Shown: piece by piece, positions 57,701-64,000 of the stretch
Numbering within the stretch: position 1 is the stretch's first letter
Layout of the letters: each line of letters starts with the position of its first letter
From: an uncultured virus (IMG/VR IMGVR_UViG_2811995274_000001)
Taxonomy: Duplodnaviria; Heunggongvirae; Uroviricota; Caudoviricetes
Virus record (IMG/VR): IMGVR_UViG_2811995274_000001
Length of the DNA stretch: 64,000 bases
Reading direction: 5' to 3' (one strand)
Translations under genes and position numbers: made by a program
The notes under the pieces: generated by a model
What the model was told of the DNA's origin: nothing
What the model saw: only the letters and a program-made list of their open reading frames with translations
The model's database searches: none

Positions 57701-59758
57701 ATTGGACATCCTAGATATTATTATGCTTATTCATATTATAAAGATGGACAAGCTATTTTGGAAAAAAGAAAGCCTTATCAACAATATCATATTTATACTA
57801 GTTCTACAGATATAATTGATAATAAAATCAAAGCTTCTTCTAGAGACATAAAAACAGCTGCATTAGGATTGTATCAAATCGCTGAAAGTTTCAATATAAA
57901 AAGTCAACAACGTGTAGGTCCAATATTTGCAGATGCAGATATTTTTCCAGAATTTCAAAAAACTATGATTGTAGATACTCAATTGTACGGAAAAGGAATA
58001 CCATTTGTTGGAACAATAACTAATACATTAACTAATAGTCTATTGGATAACTTTTCTTCATCTCCACATGAAAAAATTGCTTGGAGAATGACAGTAAGTG
58101 CTTTAAAGGAAAGCATGAAAGATATGTATTCCGGAGATTTAATTATTTTAGGCGATCCAACAGTAAAACCGCATGATCGAATTTACTTATCAGATAATTA
58201 TGTTAATATGCAAGGACAATGCTTAGTAAAAGAAGTTGTACATCATTTTTCTGTAACAGAAGGATTTATTACTACTATCAGTCCAGATCTTATAGGAGTA
58301 GTTGATGATCCTTTTGAAGTTACAAATCAACAAATGTTTTCTACAGTTGGTGCGATAACATCTACTGCTTTATCGTTAGCATCATATAGCTTTTTTAATA
58401 AAAAAATAGGTAAGGCTCTTTCAACTAAAGATTTATCCAAAATAATTCCAAAACCAGTAGCAGATATTATAGAAAAATCTAAGGGTAAAATAGAAAATAT
58501 TAAGGATACTACAGCTAACGGGAAAAAAGCTAAAAAAATTCTTTCTTTAGCCAATAAAACAAAAAACTTTATTAAACTAGGAGGAACTGCTTCTGGTATT
58601 ATTTCTGCAATAGGTAGTTCAGCATTATTGTTACCAACTTTAGCTATAGGCGCACAAGCTATATGCTTTTATATGATTGGAAATTATATATCAAATACTC
58701 TTTATCGTACTTTAAGAAACTTACAAGCTATGCAAATTTTTCCTCTAAAGAAAAATTTAATTCCTTTTACAGCTGGAGTTTCTGGAAGTCAAGGTTTTAT
58801 ATACGGATCTCCAACATATAATCAACAAGGTGCTTTAACTAGTTTTATGAGTAATTTATTAGGCGATAATCAAGATGATTGTTGGCTTATTAGTTGCTTA
58901 AAAGATTATTTTATAGACGATAATATAAAAGACGTTGCTAATAAAAATATGCATAATCTAAATATAATTAATTCAGATAATAAACCTGTTAGAGATGCTA
59001 AACAATTTGAAAATAGTATGAAAAATATAGCATTTTCTCAATCTACTATTCCTAAAGATTATAGAGAATTACAAATTATAAAATTAGCAACATCTAACAA
59101 AGATATGGTAGTAGCATATAAAAAATACGCTTTATTATCGGATGATTTTTATAATGACACTAAATTAAGTAATAATATTTTATTGAGTGATTCAGAACAG
59201 TTACAGCCATATATATCAGAAAAATTTTTGATCATACTTCATGAAACACCTGCTTTAAATCAAAATTTAAATGTAACTGTAAATGCTATTAATATTAATG
59301 GAATCACAAAATATATAAAAGCAATAAAATATAAAACTAAAGATAATAAAACTATATATGATATACCATTCTTAAACCCAAATGCTTTATCAGTGCTAAT
59401 TGAAATACTTCGTAGAGAAAAAAATAAAATGCCGCCAGTTAATTCTTCTGACCAATATGAAAACTATAATTATACTAAAAATAGTTTTATATTATTAAAA
59501 TCAGCTTTACGAGCAAATGACTCTGATACTTTAGCTTCTACTGGTTTTTCTTTTATATTAGAACCATATGGAAATATAGTAGAATTTTTTGAAGATATAA
59601 TTACTGATTTTAAAACAAATATTGAAAATGAAGCTAAAGATAATAACACATTAAATAAAAATATTTTTGATTTTAAAAAGTTAGATAAAGGCAATGAATA
59701 TGCTTTTACAGTGTATATGCCTAGTGCATCTAGTCAAAATACAGAGGAGAACGCTTAG
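51752..59758 (+). CDS. giant baseplate hub / tail-tip protein
   Basis: 2668 aa; hub-like LQPGVRIHIRIGYG..VFNGVI and GDPTVKPHDRIYL..VKEVVHHFS..GFITTI; tube-like segment TIGDVTLFVPPSNITV. Confidence 0.65.
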   Translation: MASENYNSDFSGYIVDPKKFLTPEMGDYYIGAIDDTYLKKINSIIENKDSSKTNKKDAQKAAYYTEKPPFLNDGLGSFNNVNFIKTNINITDEDIELGLISPTTLLINSTKIISDNNEKVLASLKENLEISDNDVKDYAFFVKLIGIKNMNKSKWYIDTSINLKTIPIENNRYSDILNNNNYISSFEHNNDDIVQYIKIGNKWHEIKNTSNGVHVCIDSGDNNYNAVIENINILKDLINKANNEVYFVIDNYPSNKISIETDSSYMLGNSTLENEFKNKENINNIKSGYFRCFIEPKRFLNASAYIKIDNKWINLAKAILSNPKNNALYDTTYNGVNKDIFKPDFYDPNYSKYADDFYEDAKLLDDRRDIQKQIFGMDFDSLNDWTVTIGDVTLFVPPSNITVISTIDNTSVPLLRAKGSMSKTGLHSNKVLNFSIYFNEDRGINGYEYKTKLPNGNEITYKMNGLRALISQFKFCPFLPINNKYINQTLDIDAVVVTGLSISNLEGYPKTIKVNFTCKEFDYLTYIPDIINQFDDPDKYINYFALSFNWPTMRYYYQRPILAGDDLASKKYEFNSDNFNTEIMKNRTLLSPMSFMDPTIKFFLADKTYLDELYDMYLDANRIAQTGVKFNQDDKDNLTQLSFVFEAIKSVSESEDFIKTLNELNTIEFKKITSTTTGDRYSEQNLNIVPEIRPAKEKINNILDMLNKKVTSINETIGHNLINKTYYSYDKVSINDTEFKIYCSLNIVLNTPVSDKDAFDNLGFACSNFLNTQQNRTLQENTIVVPITAILIKDDNDDSFYSSSYCIKKGTFSLDWEDADMTVLLFSTKAKEQETMVKSYNLSFKNTENIPFNEYDVGTVRIKSYSAILANHVSQIYLKDIDGTAPQYLGGEDMIFSIVVETTDEKTVRTLSNLPKIVSSFTRKYKSIMPCYPLRIDSEITRFLGTFEMIVENVQAVATANDNPVRTLVLNLRAVDRTYRSREALRRIEQDNSGKIYSSERHEKQVQSYFDIKKVISKAELYPDLELPTIKEMEDIGYQFIRYKFQDYREYVDPDFYFIYPNKLASSIIREACINCGDACSKSTYTLTDSSNGVVSISPDKKMGYKVVNENNEIIKQKETNNQINKAIDKSIADKKQKEKEDNLAQKAKLKPNLENEETYEAWTICNDIKTIFFESNKKIQYDAFIQTTKSRNQNPDDVINNTENSTDNNANTKENADKDTDNTSVNNTDAKESNTTKKSTSVSKKYVEGKELYIKLEEARKASNEIEYYLNNTYINEEVYDKLYTPNIVTVEGSLYENEFYEAIKTLIYNTIDKFFSDSEPISNMLSPLNIEINDNFKSVVKDIIYSFACAKTGTQCYSGKMASNDWRPNHFNVVGYKINRDSQDITGKDAVKTVDEGVKESIEFSIFGIKQYDKNEFAKITEQSVINPWDNIGSTNTTHYLLDPYYTYNTVETIETYKKGCITNPCYATVAFLRLCLYWLKRLIDIQALPSYNYSIMRNSLNVEENAQKDLKKVISQSQMSTNYDLYQMSISQTHINFIKKNLYAFDAGMFWIAALLAATNGSPTILNKIQYRDYSSLNDYLKSSCVTETNFDTSDITRLVLRKSAFALVGLGRITDFDAIGIKQSSPAINYKRNLLNKIYLECADDPSIYIPHACHDMIVHDARGRMLRAFPTFYMLLVDEGRTIGQWKLHDNFYNNMCIMDMQIVKSRKIPADTATITMSNFFKTFVEDNSDNINVQEASFDNVFDAIFSPLVTTESVYKKLEDKRKKSSVNSATRLQPGVRIHIRIGYGSNADMLPVVFNGVIAEVDVQDAVNIVAQGDGIELMNPILDDREAHTVRTNDDFLPGTVTNGDTPKNIMNSILTNHGGWIPDTFKDGIGEDGWLAGLIDANPYGIVHFGDKDYKDIIPSGEPTQNIYEAVSKPAWGADDSITMTYADDDVPTITFELLGKTVWDVANICRSVSPDFICGIAPFDFRSTLFIGHPRYYYAYSYYKDGQAILEKRKPYQQYHIYTSSTDIIDNKIKASSRDIKTAALGLYQIAESFNIKSQQRVGPIFADADIFPEFQKTMIVDTQLYGKGIPFVGTITNTLTNSLLDNFSSSPHEKIAWRMTVSALKESMKDMYSGDLIILGDPTVKPHDRIYLSDNYVNMQGQCLVKEVVHHFSVTEGFITTISPDLIGVVDDPFEVTNQQMFSTVGAITSTALSLASYSFFNKKIGKALSTKDLSKIIPKPVADIIEKSKGKIENIKDTTANGKKAKKILSLANKTKNFIKLGGTASGIISAIGSSALLLPTLAIGAQAICFYMIGNYISNTLYRTLRNLQAMQIFPLKKNLIPFTAGVSGSQGFIYGSPTYNQQGALTSFMSNLLGDNQDDCWLISCLKDYFIDDNIKDVANKNMHNLNIINSDNKPVRDAKQFENSMKNIAFSQSTIPKDYRELQIIKLATSNKDMVVAYKKYALLSDDFYNDTKLSNNILLSDSEQLQPYISEKFLIILHETPALNQNLNVTVNAININGITKYIKAIKYKTKDNKTIYDIPFLNPNALSVLIEILRREKNKMPPVNSSDQYENYNYTKNSFILLKSALRANDSDTLASTGFSFILEPYGNIVEFFEDIITDFKTNIENEAKDNNTLNKNIFDFKKLDKGNEYAFTVYMPSASSQNTEENA

Positions 59759-59759
59759 T

Positions 59760-60125
59760 ATGACTATAAAACAAAATTTATTAAACAAATTAATACAGCC
59801 AACAACAAGAATAGTCGATTCTTTAACTACTATAGGATTAGTTAAAGCTGCTGATACTCATAATAAAATATGCACAGTAATATATAAAAATAAAAATGGT
59901 ATCTTACAAAAAAAAGAAAACGTAACTGTACGTTTTTTAGATAGCGGATTAGATTATTTTCCAATTGTTGGAGATTATGTAGTTTTACAATTAGAAGGAG
60001 ATATTTGCACGATAATTTCTAAATATACTGCAAATGATTCTAGTAAAGAAAGCGCTAAGCAACAAATATCGCAAGATATTTATTCAGATTCCACCGGAGC
60101 TAATCCCGGTGGAACTATTTATTGA
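59760..60125 (+). CDS. probable baseplate spike (OB-fold, gpV/gp45-like)
   Basis: TIGLVK...FPIVGDYVVLQ; ATG 59760 after GAGGAG. Confidence 0.55.
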   Translation: MTIKQNLLNKLIQPTTRIVDSLTTIGLVKAADTHNKICTVIYKNKNGILQKKENVTVRFLDSGLDYFPIVGDYVVLQLEGDICTIISKYTANDSSKESAKQQISQDIYSDSTGANPGGTIY

Positions 60126-60146
60126 TTATAAGGAGAGGATAAGATT

Positions 60147-60893
60147 ATGGCTGAACAAATAGAAGAAAATAATATTAAAGTTAATTTAGAAGCAGATCCT
60201 CCTAAAGAGTTTTCTACAAAACTATCAGATTTAGAAAATAAGGCAAAAAATCTAAATCGAATGACAGAAAAAGGTTTAATTAATGAATCAATTGGATCAT
60301 CTGCTATTGTAAGAGATAATGGACAAATAAATCTTACAGCTAGTACTAGTTCTCAATATAAATTAAATCCTAATGGACAGTCAATAGAACAAACATTAGA
60401 AAGTAATACTATATCTGTAAGGAAAAATTTTTCAGTAAATGAATTAATAATTAACAATCATAAATTAAATCCAGATCTTTATGAATTAACAGATTTTAAG
60501 ACAAGAGATATTCTACCTGGACAAGATGTCATTATTGGAAATTTATGTGTTTATGGCAGTGTATTAGTTAAAGCATGGGAACCAAATTTAAAAAGATATG
60601 TACTTATTAGACGACCAGTAAGAATACCTATGTTTTCTAATAAATTAAATACTCCTTCTATTAATAGTGGATTAAATATAGATGATCCTTTAAAAAATAC
60701 TGAAAATATTTTAGGAAAAACTAATCAAGGTTATCAAGTTAATGGAGCAATTACAGATGCTAAAAGTCTAATCGGGAAAGAAGGAGTAGATAGATCTGAT
60801 CCTACATCCAATACTGATAATGCAAATAAAGATACAAATAATAATAAAAATACTACTGACAATAGCACTAGTGAAAAGAAAGAAGAAAAATAG
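60147..60893 (+). CDS. hypothetical baseplate-region protein
   Basis: 248 aa, GGAGAGG RBS. Confidence 0.7.
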   Translation: MAEQIEENNIKVNLEADPPKEFSTKLSDLENKAKNLNRMTEKGLINESIGSSAIVRDNGQINLTASTSSQYKLNPNGQSIEQTLESNTISVRKNFSVNELIINNHKLNPDLYELTDFKTRDILPGQDVIIGNLCVYGSVLVKAWEPNLKRYVLIRRPVRIPMFSNKLNTPSINSGLNIDDPLKNTENILGKTNQGYQVNGAITDAKSLIGKEGVDRSDPTSNTDNANKDTNNNKNTTDNSTSEKKEEK

Positions 60894-60896
60894 CTT

Positions 60897-61964
60897 ATGG
60901 CAGATAACGATCAATATATAAAAACTTTAGAAAATGCATATAAAACACAATATGAACAAATACAAAAAATATATATAGATGGAATTAAGGAAATAGCTAA
61001 AAAATATAATAAAGGTGATTTGTCATTTAAAGATTTAATGATATTTTACGTATCTCAAAATGATAAAAATAACGATCAATTTTATAAAAATATATATGTG
61101 GGTACAGATTCAAATAAGTTAAATACAGTTAAACAGTTATTTAAAGAATTAGAGGATTTAGAAAAACAATTAAAAGAAAATAATGTATCTATTTCAATCG
61201 ATATACAACAGAGTATAAGCAAAAAAGAAATAGAATCTATGATAAATGATATTGCCCAAAATATATTAGATAAACAATTGGATGAATACATGAATACTGA
61301 AGTTACTAAAATTTTATCTAAATATAATTATAATTTAAATGCACAAGATTGTATCGATGAAATAAAAAAATACATATGGTCTTTTAATACCGCCAAAGAA
61401 AAAAATAAAACTGAATTAACAAATATTCAAAAAGAAATAAATAAATCTATAACAAATGCAATAGATAAAGCAACTAATGCAGCTATGTATAAATTAGAAC
61501 AAGATGTAAAAAATAAACTTCCAAATTTTAATGGATATATAGATACTTCACAAAAATATCTAAATACATTAAAAAAAATAGATATAAAAAAAGATATATT
61601 AACTAATGTTCAATCCAATTTAAAAGATGGATTGAATTCAATAGATAGTTCTATTAATAAAGTTTTAGGCAATTTTGGTCTTAAGATTGATATATCTGGA
61701 ACTTTTTCTGACGATATCGGTATATTGTCTAAAGAAATTACATCATCTTTTGACAAATATCTTAATCCAATAATTAAAGAACAAAATAAAGTAATAGATA
61801 TAGCAGAAATTCATATAAAAGAAGCGGAAGAATTAGTTAAAGAATATGAAGCACAAGTACAAGGCTTAATTAATAGATGGGAGCAAACAGCTCAGGATTA
61901 CATAAAACAACAAGAACAAAAATTAGTTAATACAATAATTAGTAATATTAATATAAAATTTTAG
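60897..61964 (+). CDS. hypothetical coiled-coil protein
   Basis: 355 aa, helical composition. Confidence 0.7.
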   Translation: MADNDQYIKTLENAYKTQYEQIQKIYIDGIKEIAKKYNKGDLSFKDLMIFYVSQNDKNNDQFYKNIYVGTDSNKLNTVKQLFKELEDLEKQLKENNVSISIDIQQSISKKEIESMINDIAQNILDKQLDEYMNTEVTKILSKYNYNLNAQDCIDEIKKYIWSFNTAKEKNKTELTNIQKEINKSITNAIDKATNAAMYKLEQDVKNKLPNFNGYIDTSQKYLNTLKKIDIKKDILTNVQSNLKDGLNSIDSSINKVLGNFGLKIDISGTFSDDIGILSKEITSSFDKYLNPIIKEQNKVIDIAEIHIKEAEELVKEYEAQVQGLINRWEQTAQDYIKQQEQKLVNTIISNINIKF

Positions 61965-61975
61965 GAGTAAATGGC

Positions 61976-62503
61976 ATGATCGATTTCGCTATTAACAATA
62001 AAGGAGATTTAACTTTTGACAGATATTCTCCTATTAATATATTTAAACTATCTTTTAGAACAACTAAGTATCCTATTTTTCAAATACAATTTTTACAAGA
62101 AGATCAACATATTGAAAGAGATATTAAAGATAATTGTTTTGTTATAAAATTCATAACAACAAATCTAAACGATAAAAAACATAAACAAAATAAAGCTATA
62201 CATAATTTAGATGAACTAAGACAACGTGTAATGATTGCCTTAAGAACAGAAGAAAATGAATTAACTGATAGTAATTTATTAGGAAGTAAATTATATACAT
62301 ATAAACATAAAGATATTTTATCTTTAGATGTACAACAAGGTATTATTGATACTATAACTAACTATTTAAATAATATGTTAGATGGTATTTATAATATTGA
62401 AGTAAAAGTAATACCAAAAAAAATAGATAATCCATTTTTTTGCCAAAATTTATCTATTTATATATTTTTAAATGATGAATTATTGTACGATTTTTTATTC
62501 TAA
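61976..62503 (+). CDS. baseplate wedge protein (gp25/DUF2634-like)
   Basis: MIDFAINNKGDL...LRQRVMIALRTE..EL...LGSKL. Confidence 0.6.
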   Translation: MIDFAINNKGDLTFDRYSPINIFKLSFRTTKYPIFQIQFLQEDQHIERDIKDNCFVIKFITTNLNDKKHKQNKAIHNLDELRQRVMIALRTEENELTDSNLLGSKLYTYKHKDILSLDVQQGIIDTITNYLNNMLDGIYNIEVKVIPKKIDNPFFCQNLSIYIFLNDELLYDFLF

Positions 62504-62505
62504 GA

Positions 62506-63318
62506 TTGGAGGTAATTAAAATAAAATCCGCTAAAGATATACAATCTGATTTAAATAATAATTTTAATCAATTAACTAATGAAACCATTGCTCCTGGATC
62601 AGTTATAGATTTATATAATACTGCAACTAGTAAGGTTTATGAAGATTTATATTTAGAAATAGAAAATAATAAAACTCCTCACATATGGTCAAATTTAGAA
62701 GGCGAAAAATTAGACGATACTGGTATTTGGGTTAATTTACCACGTAAAGACGGAGAAAATGACAATAACTATAAATATAGATTACAAAATTGGATGTTAA
62801 GTGCAGAATCAAGTAATACTACAGCTATTCAAAATGCATTAACCAATTTGCAATATGCTTCAAATGTTGATTACCGACCATATACTAAAGGAACTGGAAC
62901 TGGTGCATGTTATATTATACCTAAAAATTATGATATTAATACAATAAATAACGCCTTGAATGAAGTACACGATATAATAAAACAAGTTGCATCACCATCA
63001 CTGTATATAGAGTATATAATACCAACTGTAAGAGCTGTCAAACTTCAAATATATATGGTTACTAATAATGGAGATATAGAGGTTATTAAAACTAATTTAT
63101 CTAACGCAATAGCCAATTATATAAATTCTATACCGCCAAATGAATATTTAGAAGTTGGAGAAATAAATAAAATAGGAATAAACACTAATAATGTTAGCTA
63201 TTTTAATGTAATTTCAGTACTAATAGATAATTTAAATATTGGAGACATTAGAATCTTACAAACTATAGATTCTAAAATGTTATTTGATAAAATTATTTGG
63301 ATAGAAGGAGATATGTAA
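62506..63318 (+). CDS. baseplate J-like protein
   Basis: PGSV, GEKLDDTG, RKDGENDNNYKYRL, GTGT, YINSI. Confidence 0.75.
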   Translation: MEVIKIKSAKDIQSDLNNNFNQLTNETIAPGSVIDLYNTATSKVYEDLYLEIENNKTPHIWSNLEGEKLDDTGIWVNLPRKDGENDNNYKYRLQNWMLSAESSNTTAIQNALTNLQYASNVDYRPYTKGTGTGACYIIPKNYDINTINNALNEVHDIIKQVASPSLYIEYIIPTVRAVKLQIYMVTNNGDIEVIKTNLSNAIANYINSIPPNEYLEVGEINKIGINTNNVSYFNVISVLIDNLNIGDIRILQTIDSKMLFDKIIWIEGDM

Positions 63319-63322
63319 TTAT

Positions 63323-64000
63323 ATGATAACTTCTGAACAAGCTTTTTTATATGCAATTCAATCATTTCCAAAATGGATGGATATAAGAAAATATCCTAGA
63401 ACTGCTAATGGAGCAAAATATTTACAATCTATAATTAAAGAACAAGATAATGTAGTTACTGAATTAAAAAAATATATAAAAGATTGTTTTTTGGCTAGTT
63501 ATATAGGTAGAGAAAATACAATTATTGATTATGCTTATATTGCACAAGTAGGTAATATTGATATAAATTTAATAAAAATAGATAAAATTAAAATAACTAA
63601 TGATCCTAAATTGTTTTTAAATAATAGAGAAACATATTGTTTATTTCAAGATGGATATATAATTATAGATCAAGCTTTAATTGCTCCTGAAGATAATATT
63701 TTATATTATACATATAATGAACAGGAATATTCTTCTACATTAATTAAGACACATATATGGAATATATTTGACGAATTTGCAATGATGTCTTCATTAGAAA
63801 GATACGATAATGAAACTAATGAGGAACTAATGAAACGTTGTTTTTTATCTTTTTCTAATAAGCCTAATAGTAGTATAGATGGAATAAAGAACACTATAAC
63901 AAATGCATTAATTAATTATGTTCCATTATCAAATTCTGATATAAAAATAGAAACACCCAACTTGGACAATATGTCCAAGTTGATTAATAATACAAGTTTA
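63323..64000 (+). CDS. baseplate/tail protein, truncated by the window edge
   Basis: hand translation MITSEQAFLYAIQSFPKWMDIRK...HIWNIFDEFAMMSSLERYDNETNEELMKR; open to 64000. Confidence 0.7.
   Translation, partial: MITSEQAFLYAIQSFPKWMDIRKYPRTANGAKYLQSIIKEQDNVVTELKKYIKDCFLASYIGRENTIIDYAYIAQVGNIDINLIKIDKIKITNDPKLFLNNRETYCLFQDGYIIIDQALIAPEDNILYYTYNEQEYSSTLIKTHIWNIFDEFAMMSSLERYDNETNEELMKRCFLSFSNKPNSSIDGIKNTITNALINYVPLSNSDIKIETPNLDNMSKLINNTSL

Noticed and set aside
1..64000. tRNA/rRNA genes, transposases, reverse transcriptase/DGR, lysis genes
   Set aside because: None recognised by eye; the intergenic gaps are short and explained by terminators or promoters

Overview
The window is part of a large, very AT-rich tailed phage genome. 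A contractile (myovirus-type) tail is indicated by the sheath, tube and baseplate genes, and the strong AAAGGAGGTG-type RBSs suggest a Firmicutes host. Positions ~1-7.8 kb are a minus-strand, probably early, region. It holds a 1417-aa single-subunit two-barrel RNA polymerase of the YonO/eukaryotic RdRP type and two HExxH metallopeptidase paralogs. It also holds a lipoprotein and four small membrane peptides, each followed by a hairpin and an opposing sigma70/sigmaA-type promoter. From ~8 kb the plus strand carries a probable terminase small subunit, small accessory genes, a truncated terminase-ATPase duplicate, TerL (probable ATA start), portal, protease/scaffold, capsid, neck, sheath, three tube-fold paralogs, paired chaperones, three giant proteins and baseplate genes. 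The most striking feature is the 2933-aa tail-module protein: an N-terminal DEDDh exonuclease joined to recognisable beta-like and beta'-like RNA polymerase motifs, i.e. a probable virion-packaged RNAP. The phage may therefore run its own two-polymerase transcription programme. All assignments come from motifs read by eye and from gene order; no database searches were run.
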